A DNA stretch of 64,000 nt, taken from IMG/VR virus record IMGVR_UViG_3300021057_000274, positions 62,001 to 126,000 of that record; one strand, 5' to 3'. The translations under genes were made by a program, and so were the position numbers. How positions within the stretch are numbered: position 1 is the first letter of the stretch; each line of letters opens with the position of its first letter. This document shows positions 1 to 8,911 of the stretch, in pieces. The notes beneath the pieces are model-generated. The model searched no databases, was not told where the DNA came from, and worked only from the letters and a program-made list of their open reading frames with translations.

Positions 1-66
1 GTTTCTTTTGGATTTACTTTCGCGTAACTTCGTGATAAAATCTCTCAATAGTTCACGGAGGCGTGA

Positions 67-333
67 ATGTCTCGGCAGTTCCAGCTGCTCTCGTTTCGCA
101 CCGATCATGCCCAGTGTGCTTGCGGCTCGCGCCGCGAGACCTCGACGCTAGTCTGGTTCGGAAAGATCGTCCCTACCCTCGCCGAGGCGTGGGAGCACAT
201 GACGACAGACGCAGAGGGGCGGCGCTTCATCTTCGGTTACCGCGTCGAGTTTCGCGTCTCGCGCGACGGCGGCCAGACCTGGAGCGGCAACCTCTTCCAA
301 CAGCAAAACATCCCGGTCTACGACTCGCCGTGA
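67..333 (+). CDS. hypothetical protein
   Basis: ORF with GGAG RBS downstream of promoter-like motif at 14-40. Confidence 0.7.
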   Translation: MSRQFQLLSFRTDHAQCACGSRRETSTLVWFGKIVPTLAEAWEHMTTDAEGRRFIFGYRVEFRVSRDGGQTWSGNLFQQQNIPVYDSP

Positions 334-533
334 AAACTAGCACCCTCAAGGTCGAGACGACCTTCAAGAAGATCGGCTCGGATCAAACCGTCGTCGGCAA
401 GCCGGGCGATCAGGTGCAATACGAGCGCTCCCCGGTCGACATGTCGATCGTCATCTGGCTCGGAAAATTCTCACGGCGCGGCGCGTGGTACACGAAGGTA
501 GAGCCCACCAAGATCCATGAGGTGATCGCTTGA
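330..533 (+). CDS. hypothetical protein
   Basis: GTG start overlapping upstream TGA (GTGA coupling). Confidence 0.6.
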   Translation: MKTSTLKVETTFKKIGSDQTVVGKPGDQVQYERSPVDMSIVIWLGKFSRRGAWYTKVEPTKIHEVIA

Positions 534-630
534 AGCCACGTTACAAGCTGCTCTACAGCTATCGATGGGGCCGCGGTGAGTGGTGGACCCCGAGGCTGAA
601 GCTGGTGGTTCGGTGACTCCGACCGTCGCG

Positions 631-954
631 ATGTGGGTGGTCCTGGTGCCGACCGAGATCCGACGCCCGGTGGGCAAGCGTCAGCACTACTCCGTGCGGT
701 ATCATCGCACGTGGGACGCGAAGGTGCGTGAGATCACCGGGGGCTTGACGATCATGTCACCCGCGAGGGGGCAGTGGGTCGCTCCGAACGGTGAGCTCTT
801 CAAGGAGCGGATGATTCCGGTGCAGGTCATGGCGACGCGAGAGCAGATCGATCAGATCGTCGACCTCACCCTCAAGCACTACGACCAGCTCGCCGTTCTC
901 TGCTACAAGCTGAGCAGCGAGGTCATCATGCGCTACGCGTCGGAGGCCAAATGA
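631..954 (+). CDS. hypothetical protein
   Basis: ORF; ATG at 631 preferred to upstream GTG. Confidence 0.7.
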   Translation: MWVVLVPTEIRRPVGKRQHYSVRYHRTWDAKVREITGGLTIMSPARGQWVAPNGELFKERMIPVQVMATREQIDQIVDLTLKHYDQLAVLCYKLSSEVIMRYASEAK

Positions 955-1214
955 TCGTTTGGGTTGAAGACAGGAAATTTTCGGGGGTCTACAACGCGGA
1001 AAACCTTCCGCAGTGGAATCTTCACGGCCAACTCAAGATCAACTGGAACCTCTGGATCGAGACTCGCCCAGTCTATTGTGACCGTGGACGTTATCTCGCC
1101 AAGACAGACGCCCCGCTCGACGCGCAAGAGGGATTTCCGCGCTATTACTTCGACCTGGAGATCGCCAAGCGTGAGCTTCAAGCGTGGATTGACGCTCGAA
1201 AGGAGTTAAGGTGA
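951..1214 (+). CDS. hypothetical protein
   Basis: ATGA overlap with upstream gene. Confidence 0.7.
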   Translation: MIVWVEDRKFSGVYNAENLPQWNLHGQLKINWNLWIETRPVYCDRGRYLAKTDAPLDAQEGFPRYYFDLEIAKRELQAWIDARKELR

Positions 1215-1513
1215 GAGAGTGGCCCTGGAAGAAGAAAGGTTTTATCGGCTTCAAGTACATCCCTCATGACCGCGGAGACGTCTTCAACAAGCTTCACGAG
1301 ATCATGCTCAAGGGTTGCTATCAAGACTCGATGAATGGCTACTCTCAAGAGTTCGCGAGCTTGGCCGACCTGACGAACCAGTATCAACAGCTCAAGCTGC
1401 TCGGGATTCTGGACGAGGGCGACATGGAGGAGCGGGCGGCCTACGTTGTCTGGTACGCCAACGGGCCGGGACGGGTCTACGTGCGCGACTTCGACTGGGG
1501 AAAGCGCGGATGA
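1211..1513 (+). CDS. hypothetical protein
   Basis: GTGA overlap, GGAG RBS. Confidence 0.7.
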   Translation: MREWPWKKKGFIGFKYIPHDRGDVFNKLHEIMLKGCYQDSMNGYSQEFASLADLTNQYQQLKLLGILDEGDMEERAAYVVWYANGPGRVYVRDFDWGKRG

Positions 1514-1547
1514 GCTGGCCGATCGATGAGGGGCGCTCGGAGGAAGA

Positions 1548-2216
1548 TTGATCGACCACGACCTCGTCAAGCGAGTGCGCACGGCGTTCGGAGATGAGTG
1601 TACCGTCGCTCTGTTCGGGTCGCGCGTCTACGGCACCGACGATCGCTTCTCGGATCATGACTTCATGATCCTCTACAAGGGCTCTCGTAACTTCGGCAAG
1701 AGCTTGAACAAGCGAGCCGCGCAGCTCAACCAGCGCACGATCAACCTCCATGTCTACGCCGCGGCTCAGTTTCAAGCTGCTCTCTACTCGCATGAGCCGA
1801 TCGCGGTCGAGCTCTGGATGCTCCCGAGCGAGTTCGTTCTCCAGGGACCGCACCCGGACAAGATCTGCTGGTGGCAGATCGACCACGGAGGGGCAGGAAA
1901 TTTTCACAAGTTTCATCACGCGTTCACGAAGAACGTCCAGAGCACGTGGAAGAAGGCTGAGAAGCGATTCTGGATCGATCGCCGTAGCTCGTTGAAGTGC
2001 GTCTTTCACGCGCTACGCACTCTCGAGTTTGGGGTTCAGATCGCAAAGCAAGGACGGATCACCAACTGGCGGCGCATGAATCACGTGCTAGCCGCTGTTC
2101 ACCAACCCCCGTGCGTGGAGTGGAGTCAAGTCGGCGCACGCTTTCATGGCCAACTGCAAGAGCTCACTCAGGAGTTTAACCAATCATGCCGTTCTCTGTC
2201 CTCAAGCCGCCGTTAG
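1548..2216 (+). CDS. Pol-beta superfamily nucleotidyltransferase
   Basis: LFGSRVYG...SDHD = GS/DxD motif. Confidence 0.75.
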   Translation: MIDHDLVKRVRTAFGDECTVALFGSRVYGTDDRFSDHDFMILYKGSRNFGKSLNKRAAQLNQRTINLHVYAAAQFQAALYSHEPIAVELWMLPSEFVLQGPHPDKICWWQIDHGGAGNFHKFHHAFTKNVQSTWKKAEKRFWIDRRSSLKCVFHALRTLEFGVQIAKQGRITNWRRMNHVLAAVHQPPCVEWSQVGARFHGQLQELTQEFNQSCRSLSSSRR

Positions 2217-2410
2217 TCCTCTCGGAGGACGACAAGAACGCTCTCGCGCGCTCGACGAACCAGGAGCTCAGCGCGAAGTTTCAGAGGGATCTCAGCATCG
2301 ATCGCCAGATCAACGTGATCCTGCGCAAGCTCGTCGACAAGGTCGAAGCAAAGGTGCTAGAGCGCCAACGAGACAAAGAGAAGAGCCCCGAGACTCCAAA
2401 GGCTCCCTGA
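2186..2410 (+). CDS. hypothetical protein
   Basis: ORF in co-oriented run. Confidence 0.6.
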   Translation: MPFSVLKPPLVLSEDDKNALARSTNQELSAKFQRDLSIDRQINVILRKLVDKVEAKVLERQRDKEKSPETPKAP

Positions 2411-2437
2411 TTTACTTCACGACGATTAGATGATATA

Positions 2438-2713
2438 GTGCACGATATGAAGACTCTCGCCGAGGAAAAGATTCTCACCGTCTTCGACTGGAGAGATCCG
2501 TCGACTCTCCCAAGCGCGGCCGGGCTCTACGAGCGCCGAACGAAGCTGGGAGTCACCGTCGATTATTGGGACGGTGAGGCGTGGTATCGCGCTGGCAAGA
2601 CGAGCGAGCCCCTCATCAAGTGCGCCAACCAACACATCTTTCCTTGGCGCCGATATCTCGTAGCTAAGAACGCGCTGTATCGTCCGCTCGAGGGGATCAT
2701 CATCCGGCGGTGA
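2438..2713 (+). CDS. hypothetical protein
   Basis: ORF after promoter motif 2412-2440; start may be ATG 2447. Confidence 0.6.
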   Translation: MHDMKTLAEEKILTVFDWRDPSTLPSAAGLYERRTKLGVTVDYWDGEAWYRAGKTSEPLIKCANQHIFPWRRYLVAKNALYRPLEGIIIRR

Positions 2714-3339
2714 GATACGGGCGCGAGTACCTCGTCGGGTTTCTCCTGAGATGCGTCGTCTGGGTGTTGATGCACGTCGTCTATCGTCTTACCAAGGTTG
2801 GAGTTGAGAACATCCCGAAGCGTGGCCCGGGGGTCATCGTTTGCAACCACGTCTCGTTTCTCGATGCTCTCGTGATCACGGCCGCTTGTCCGCGTCCGAT
2901 CCGCTGGGTGATGGACCATCGCATCTACCGCACCCCAGTGATGAGCTGGCTCTTCAAGCTGTTGCGTGCGATCCCGATCGCGCCTGAGCGCGAGGACCGA
3001 GAGACCCTAGAGAGAGCTTACGACCGCATCGCTAGAGCCTTGGACAAGGGAGAGCTAGTCGGGATCTTCCCAGAGGGGCGCTTGACCAACACCGGTGACA
3101 TCCTCGAGTTTCGTGGCGGGGTGATGAGAATTCTCGAGCGCTACCCGGTCTACGTCGTGCCGATGGCGCTCTCGGGTCTGTGGCGCAGCCTGTTCGCGCG
3201 CAATCCCGAGAAGTACCGGTGGTGGACGCGAATCTGGCCGCGCGTGCGCGTAGTTGTCGGCGAGCCTGTCCCGCCTCTCGGAGTGACGCCTCAGATGTTA
3301 CACACGATCGTCGCTGGATTGAGAGGGGCTTGGAGATGA
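2710..3339 (+). CDS. plsC: 1-acyl-sn-glycerol-3-phosphate acyltransferase
   Basis: NHVSFLD (HxxxxD) and FPEG motifs. Confidence 0.9.
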   Translation: MRYGREYLVGFLLRCVVWVLMHVVYRLTKVGVENIPKRGPGVIVCNHVSFLDALVITAACPRPIRWVMDHRIYRTPVMSWLFKLLRAIPIAPEREDRETLERAYDRIARALDKGELVGIFPEGRLTNTGDILEFRGGVMRILERYPVYVVPMALSGLWRSLFARNPEKYRWWTRIWPRVRVVVGEPVPPLGVTPQMLHTIVAGLRGAWR

Positions 3340-3434
3340 GTGGTGAGAACGCTCTCCGTAGCGCGTTAGGAATTCCGAACTAGCTCTTCAAAAAGTAGTT
3401 TACCTTTGAAAAGAGCTGTGATATATTCTTCCTC

Positions 3435-3527
3435 GCGGTGGCTATTGGTCGGGTTACTCCCACACATGCCAGCGGCGACGCCCCTCGGGGCTAGCCGCTA
3501 CCAATCACTTGGTCAGATCTCCATCGC
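3435..3527 (+). ncRNA. Y-RNA-like structured RNA, copy 1
   Basis: Ends pair (gcggtgg/ccatcgc); inner stem ttggtcgggt/acttggtcag; 22/23-nt identity with copy 2. Confidence 0.55.
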
Positions 3528-3530
3528 TTT

Positions 3531-3572
3531 AGCGTCGCCCGGTGATCGAGGGTTCGACTCCCTCGCGGCGCT
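3531..3572 (+). ncRNA. tRNA-like minihelix (acceptor stem plus T arm)
   Basis: agcgtcgc/gcggcgct 8 bp; GAGGG-TTCGACT-CCCTC. Confidence 0.6.
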
Positions 3573-3574
3573 CC

Positions 3575-3640
3575 TGCAACGGCTATAGGTCGGGTTACTC
3601 CCATCCTTCATGCGAACACTTGGCCTAATCTTCCGTTGCA
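3575..3640 (+). ncRNA. Y-RNA-like structured RNA, copy 2
   Basis: tgcaacgg/ccgttgca outer stem; taggtcgggt/acttggccta inner stem. Confidence 0.55.
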
Positions 3641-3662
3641 AACAATTCTCCACGGAGGCACC

Positions 3663-5876
3663 GTGACACAGCTCTCGAAGAACATCGTCGCCCTGTCCAA
3701 GGGCCTGGTCGTGATCCCGCGGGGATCTGGCCTCAAGATGCAGTTGCGCGAGGACGTATACGCGGCCTCCCTCCAAGCGTCGCTGATGCAGCTCGGCTAC
3801 ATGCTGAGCCGCGAGGCGTACGCCCTCGCCCTCTCGGCGCCGGCCGAGTGGGTCAAGGAGTTCTACGACGAGGCGATCCCGTACCTCAAGGAGGCGGTCG
3901 GGGCGAAGCGCGACTACCGTGCGATGTATCGCAACTTCCCCCAGCAGGTCATGGACCTGTCACACGTCGATCTGTTCATCAACGCGATCACTCACTATTG
4001 GTCAAACGGCCAGTGGGAGCCGCCGCACGAGCTAGCTGAGCGCGGCGTCAAGTTCGAGAGCACCGAGTTCAAGCTGCTGAAGCCGATCGACGAGGCCGGT
4101 TTTCTCAACCTCTTCACCCAGATGGTGGCGATCGGCCAAGCGCTCACTCCTCAAGACCGCAAGATCGTCGAGTGGTTCATCGACTCGGGGCTGAAGCTCA
4201 CCCTGCCAGAGACGATCCCGTTCAAGGAGACCCTGTGCCTGCTCGCTGCGAAGGGTCTCAACGTTCCGGTGAAGACTCCGACCGACGTGCTCCGCATCGC
4301 GGTTCACCTGTCTGGCGGTGACATCTCGCTGCCGGGCATCCCGTCGGCGAAGGTGAAGGCGCCGACCGGTGGCCGCTACTCCTCCGCTCGCTATTGGGAG
4401 ACCTACTATCGAGAGAGCGCCGAGAGAGCCGCGGCCGCCGCGCGCGAAGCGTTCAAGTTCAGGAAGTTCAAGCGACCGCAGCGACGCCTGCTGCTCGAGA
4501 TGCTTGACCGCGTCGCCGACGTCGCCGAGATGCAACGCTACCTCGGCCGCTGGCTCCGTCTGGGTGAGATCCTCCACCCGGGCGAGTTTGCCGGAAAGTT
4601 CCCACGCGCCCACGCGGCGTTCAAGACCCTTCGTAACCAGGAGGGACCAGACACTCGAGTCCGCACGTTCGACGCGCAGGTCAACCTCGCTTTCGCCGCG
4701 AGCGCGAGGGCTGGTTTGAAGGTTTTGACGACCCGGCCGGGCGAGTTCGCTCGCCGCCTGGATTGGCTGCTCCGCACCCATGACGCCGAAGCGGTCATGG
4801 ACGTTTTCACCGAGATCGCGCCGCGAATCAGCTCGAAGGTGCTGTTCGAGCTGTGGACTCACCTGGTCAATCGTGAGACTCCGGGCGCGGCGCGGACGGT
4901 CATGCTCAAGGGTCGCGGCGCGAAGTTTAAGACCCTTCCGACCCTCCCGGCGCTCCCGACCGACGTCGTGCAGCTCGCGACGCGGACGATCGCTAAGGCC
5001 CTCAAGGGCAAGATCAAGGACGCGAAGCTGCCGAGCCTGGGTAACGTTTGGATCGACCCGCAGCTGGCGACCCTGCCGCTGCCAGCGTCGATGCGTGACA
5101 TGAACACCGGTCTCAAGACGTACGTTCGCGGCACCCGTCTGCCGTTCCGCGGGGACGCGAAGGTGGTTCGCGCGTTCGTGCACTGGTACGACGAGGACGG
5201 GACTCAAGACATCGACCTGAGCTTCTCGTTCCACGGCCACAGCCTGGAGGCGATGGGGCACGTCAGCTTCACGAACCTGCGCGAGGGGGCGTGGGCGGTG
5301 CACTCGGGCGACATCCGTCACCGGGTCGGCTCGTGCGCGGAGTACATCGATGTCAACATCGAGAAGGCTCGCCAGCGCGGCGTCCGCTACGTGATGGTGC
5401 ACTGCTACAACTTCAACGGTCGTCCGATGCACACGGTGCCAGAGTGCCGCTTCGGGATGATGGAGCGCGAGCACCAGCGCTCGAACGAGATCTTCGAGGC
5501 GCGCACCGTGACCAACGCGATGCCCCTGATCAACCAGGGCACCACGGTCCTGGCGTGCATTCTCGATCTCCAGGAGCGCTGCATGATCTGGGCGGACATG
5601 GAGGCGGATCGCTACCTGGCGGTCGTTGAGAACACCGCGAGCAAGGCCGCGGAGGCGATCCGCAAGCTGGTGGGTCGTCCTGCGATCTCGGTCGCCGACC
5701 TGCTGCGCATGCACGCCGAGGTGCGCGGCGAGGTGGTGCAAGACGAGGCTCGCGCAGACACGAAGTTCAAGGCCGAGGACCTGACGACGGATTACGTCAC
5801 GATCGCGGGGCTGATGTCCCTCGACGCGCCGGCCAAGAAGGCGCCGGCGTCTAAGCGAGTGAAGATCGCCGCGTAA
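3663..5876 (+). CDS. large protein with C-terminal TerD-like domain (resembles SCO0854/MXAN_6230-type proteins)
   Basis: GGAGG RBS plus GTG; RPGEFARRLDWLLR; C-terminal DIDLS..HSGDI..AEYIDV TerD-like motifs. Confidence 0.7.
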   Translation: MTQLSKNIVALSKGLVVIPRGSGLKMQLREDVYAASLQASLMQLGYMLSREAYALALSAPAEWVKEFYDEAIPYLKEAVGAKRDYRAMYRNFPQQVMDLSHVDLFINAITHYWSNGQWEPPHELAERGVKFESTEFKLLKPIDEAGFLNLFTQMVAIGQALTPQDRKIVEWFIDSGLKLTLPETIPFKETLCLLAAKGLNVPVKTPTDVLRIAVHLSGGDISLPGIPSAKVKAPTGGRYSSARYWETYYRESAERAAAAAREAFKFRKFKRPQRRLLLEMLDRVADVAEMQRYLGRWLRLGEILHPGEFAGKFPRAHAAFKTLRNQEGPDTRVRTFDAQVNLAFAASARAGLKVLTTRPGEFARRLDWLLRTHDAEAVMDVFTEIAPRISSKVLFELWTHLVNRETPGAARTVMLKGRGAKFKTLPTLPALPTDVVQLATRTIAKALKGKIKDAKLPSLGNVWIDPQLATLPLPASMRDMNTGLKTYVRGTRLPFRGDAKVVRAFVHWYDEDGTQDIDLSFSFHGHSLEAMGHVSFTNLREGAWAVHSGDIRHRVGSCAEYIDVNIEKARQRGVRYVMVHCYNFNGRPMHTVPECRFGMMEREHQRSNEIFEARTVTNAMPLINQGTTVLACILDLQERCMIWADMEADRYLAVVENTASKAAEAIRKLVGRPAISVADLLRMHAEVRGEVVQDEARADTKFKAEDLTTDYVTIAGLMSLDAPAKKAPASKRVKIAA

Positions 5877-5880
5877 GTAG

Positions 5881-5910
5881 TTTACTTTTCGCGCGATCTG
5901 TGATTAAATA
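5881..5910 (+). promoter_or_regulatory. sigma70-like early promoter (representative of recurring motif)
   Basis: TTTACT-N~17-TG.TAAAT; similar at 14, 2412, 3399, 9503, 12724, 17270, 29319, 38798. Confidence 0.6.
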
Positions 5911-5996
5911 TCTTCTACCGTAGTGCGAATCCTGGGGTCCCGGGTGGGATCGCCAGCCATCGAGACGATTTTTCAACGAACCAAGTGGAGAACGTT

Positions 5997-6335
5997 ATGA
6001 AGTCCTAGGTTTCCGAACAAAAGCACTGGACGTACTGCTTCCTCCGCGGTGATCTCCCGATCGCCCAGCAGGCGCTCCAAGCCGGACATGCTCTCCTCGA
6101 GCTCGGCATCAAGCACGGCCCGTCGCCCGACGGTCATCCCAGCATCATCTTCCTGGACACAAAGGACAAGCAAGAGCTCGAAGCTGCTCTCGACTTGACG
6201 CGCTCTCACGGGCTCAAGACGTACGAGTTCCACGAGCCGTACAAGAACTGGGGCCTCACGTCGTTCGCGACGCAACCGATTCCGGAAGATCAGCGTCACC
6301 TCTTCAAGCAGTTCAACCTCTGGAGGAAGTCATGA
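5997..6335 (+). CDS. Pth2-like peptidyl-tRNA hydrolase with in-frame TAG at codon 4
   Basis: GGAG RBS, ATG AAG TCC TAG then 108 sense codons; RGDL..QQALQAGHA and EP...LTSFATQP motifs; missed by ORF track. Confidence 0.7.
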
Positions 6336-6478
6336 ACCAGCAGCTCAAGGATAAGCTCGTCGAGTTTCTCGAGTACGCAGCTCAGCGAGAGGAGGACTCG
6401 GACCAAACCAGTGATCACTACGTCAAGTGGGCGCGAGAGCTCGCCGACGAGGTCAAGAGGGAGAAGCTCGATGCGTAA
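6332..6478 (+). CDS. small hypothetical protein
   Basis: ATGA overlap, GGAGG RBS, 48 aa. Confidence 0.6.
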   Translation: MNQQLKDKLVEFLEYAAQREEDSDQTSDHYVKWARELADEVKREKLDA

Positions 6479-6746
6479 GGAGATGACCGAGCTGGAGCTC
6501 AAGTTCGGCTTTGAGCTCGCATGCGAGCTCAAGGAGATCGTGAAGGCGTACGCGAGAGAGCACAAGCCGGCTGACGTCTGGCATCGCCCCTTCGAGGGCG
6601 AGCCCTCACAGGTCGACTTTGACGGAGGGCTAGTCAACGTTAAGTTCAGCCGCTACATCATGGGCTGCAACGAGTACGAGCACCAGGAGTGCTCGTACGG
6701 CGTCGATGACATCATCGAGTGGTACTTCTGGGGGAGCCATGGGTGA
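6471..6746 (+). CDS. hypothetical protein
   Basis: ORF overlapping upstream stop. Confidence 0.65.
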   Translation: MRKEMTELELKFGFELACELKEIVKAYAREHKPADVWHRPFEGEPSQVDFDGGLVNVKFSRYIMGCNEYEHQECSYGVDDIIEWYFWGSHG

Positions 6747-6855
6747 CTTCTCGCGTTGTCCTCACGACGACTTTCTAGGTTACTGCAAGCAGTGCAACCC
6801 TAACCTTTGCCAGGAGTGCTACATGCAACCGTGTGAGTGTGAAGTTCCGCCGTAG
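6739..6855 (+). CDS. Cys-rich 38-aa peptide, in frame with downstream HD gene across TAG
   Basis: GGAG RBS; 7 Cys; TAG at 6853-6855. Confidence 0.55.
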   Translation: MGDFSRCPHDDFLGYCKQCNPNLCQECYMQPCECEVPP

Positions 6856-6882
6856 GTTTCCCTCGATCAGCTGATCGAGCAG

Positions 6883-7482
6883 ATGAAGACGTGCGAGCAG
6901 GCCCGCGGCCTCTCGATCTACCAGCACGGCCTCGACGTGGCCAACCGCTATCGTGACCTCTACGAGTACCTCGAGACAGGAAAGACCGTCTACAAGTGGG
7001 ACATTCCCGAGGAGTCACTTCTCGAGACTCCCGTTCTCTACCGGGTGGCCCTCCCGCCCAAGGACGTGCGCACGTACCACATCTTCCATGATTGCGGCAA
7101 GCCCTACTGTCTAACGATCGACGCTGATGGGAAGAAGCACTTTCCGAACCACGCCGCCGAATCGGCTCGGGTGTTCCGAGAGCTGTTTATCGAGAATCGG
7201 GAGTTCGACGCGACTAAGGACTCTGGATTGCTGCTCATGACCGAGCAGCTCATCAAGCTCGACATGTGGGCGCACACTTGTCGCGGCGAGGAGATCACCG
7301 AGTTTTGCAAGCATCCGCTGGCGCCGACGCTCCTCCTGACGGCTTGGGCCGAGATCCACGCGAACGCCGAGATGTTCGGTGGCTTCGAGTCCACCTCGTT
7401 CAAGATCAAGAGGAAACACCTGGCCAAGGTCACCAGGCGATTGCACGCTTACCTGTGCGAGCAATTAGAGCTACCGAAATAG
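6883..7482 (+). CDS. HD-domain phosphohydrolase-like protein
   Basis: QHGLDV...FHDCGKP...HAAES. Confidence 0.7.
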   Translation: MKTCEQARGLSIYQHGLDVANRYRDLYEYLETGKTVYKWDIPEESLLETPVLYRVALPPKDVRTYHIFHDCGKPYCLTIDADGKKHFPNHAAESARVFRELFIENREFDATKDSGLLLMTEQLIKLDMWAHTCRGEEITEFCKHPLAPTLLLTAWAEIHANAEMFGGFESTSFKIKRKHLAKVTRRLHAYLCEQLELPK

Positions 7483-7495
7483 GTAACCACCTACC

Positions 7496-8278
7496 TCAGA
7501 ACGGAATGTCCTCAAGTTCAGGCTCCTCACGCCGAGGAGCCTGACGTTGCTTTCTCTTGTAGCTGGGACCAGAGGTAAACTCAGGAAAGTCATCAAGATC
7601 AAGCTCCGCGCGCATGAAGCGGTCATGTACTTGCTGCGGAGTTTCGCCGACCCAGACCGGGTCGATGATCACGATCGTGCCGTCATCTCGCATCATGAAG
7701 TTATCCTCCTTGATGTCAGGCGACCAATCGACGTGGAGGCTGATCTCCATGTACGCCTTGCAGAGCGACTTAAACCAAGGTACCCGGTCGAACAGCTCTC
7801 GCTGCTGGATCTTCATGACAGATCCGTCAGGCATGCGGTACTCGATCTTCGGAGCTTCACGATCTAGCTCATCTTTGCCGTGCTCCATGCGGTTGAGCAA
7901 GCTAGACGCGTTCTCGAGATAGTCCGCGATGAAGCGAGCGATCTCGGCGTGAAGCTCTTTGAGCTTCTCGACCTTGATTACCCATAGAAAGTCCTTGCCT
8001 GAGTCCTCGCGAGTGTGAAACTTGTGAAGCTTCAACGGCCGCTTGACAATTTTCGGGTAGTGCTTGCTAGGATGCTTGATGACGAAATCAATAAAGTCAA
8101 GATAGGCCGGATCGTTCTCGATGATCTTGATCACGTAAGGCCACCTGTCGTGAGTGAAGACCTGTCCATACTCTCCGCTCCCGACGAACTTGATCCCGAA
8201 GCGTCTCGCCATCTTGATGAGATCGCCCGTGCTCTTTCCGTGGAAGCGCTTGACGCCGATGAGCTCATTGAGAAGCAT
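7496..8278 (-). CDS. protein kinase-like fold protein
   Basis: GSGEYGQV Gly loop, VIK, DIKEDN catalytic loop, IIDP; TAAATA upstream. Confidence 0.75.
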   Translation of the reverse strand: MLLNELIGVKRFHGKSTGDLIKMARRFGIKFVGSGEYGQVFTHDRWPYVIKIIENDPAYLDFIDFVIKHPSKHYPKIVKRPLKLHKFHTREDSGKDFLWVIKVEKLKELHAEIARFIADYLENASSLLNRMEHGKDELDREAPKIEYRMPDGSVMKIQQRELFDRVPWFKSLCKAYMEISLHVDWSPDIKEDNFMMRDDGTIVIIDPVWVGETPQQVHDRFMRAELDLDDFPEFTSGPSYKRKQRQAPRREEPELEDIPF

Positions 8279-8320
8279 GACAATATTTAAGCGTGTCAGA
8301 TCTTGTGTTATGATCACGAG

Positions 8321-8911
8321 GTGAAACTTTTCATAGACACGGAGTTCTCAGATTTTCTAGATCCCCATCTCATCTCGCTCGGAGCGGTGACCGAGGACCT
8401 CATGAACGAGTACTACGTTGAGATCAGCGACTACGATCGCCGGCTCTCATCGAGCTTCGTCAGAGAGGTCGTCGAGCCCCTCCTCGATCTCCCAAAGCAC
8501 GGCAAGACGTACATGCAAGCCTCGCTCGAGTTCGGCCTCTGGCTGGGTGAGCTCGCTCAAGGATTGCCTGGGGACGAGAAGCTCTACGTCACGGTTGACT
8601 ATGCGACCGACTGGGAGCTGATGCTCGACCTGCTTCAAACTGACCTGAGCCTCCTGCCCAAGGTTAACAAGGCGTTCACTCTGATCAACAATGATCTGCT
8701 CCATCGCGTCGTGATCCGGTGCAGTCAGCTCGCGGTGCCGAACATGAATCAGAAGTGCGAGGGTGCGGCCGAGGCCTTCGGCCAGGGCCTAATGAGCTAC
8801 TTCGTCGAGAACAAGCTTCCGATCCACCACGCTCTCAACGATGCTAAGGCGAACGCTCACGGGTGGCGGAACGCGATGACGTGGATTGAGAAGAACGTGC
8901 ACCCGATCTAG
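8321..8911 (+). CDS. DEDDh 3'-5' exonuclease
   Basis: FIDTEF...D...HHALND. Confidence 0.85.
   Translation: MKLFIDTEFSDFLDPHLISLGAVTEDLMNEYYVEISDYDRRLSSSFVREVVEPLLDLPKHGKTYMQASLEFGLWLGELAQGLPGDEKLYVTVDYATDWELMLDLLQTDLSLLPKVNKAFTLINNDLLHRVVIRCSQLAVPNMNQKCEGAAEAFGQGLMSYFVENKLPIHHALNDAKANAHGWRNAMTWIEKNVHPI

Noticed and set aside
4032-5741. 569-aa minus-strand ORF (likewise 29355-30827 and many other antisense ORFs)
   Set aside because: Shadow frames of strongly GC3-biased real genes; no motifs or RBS.
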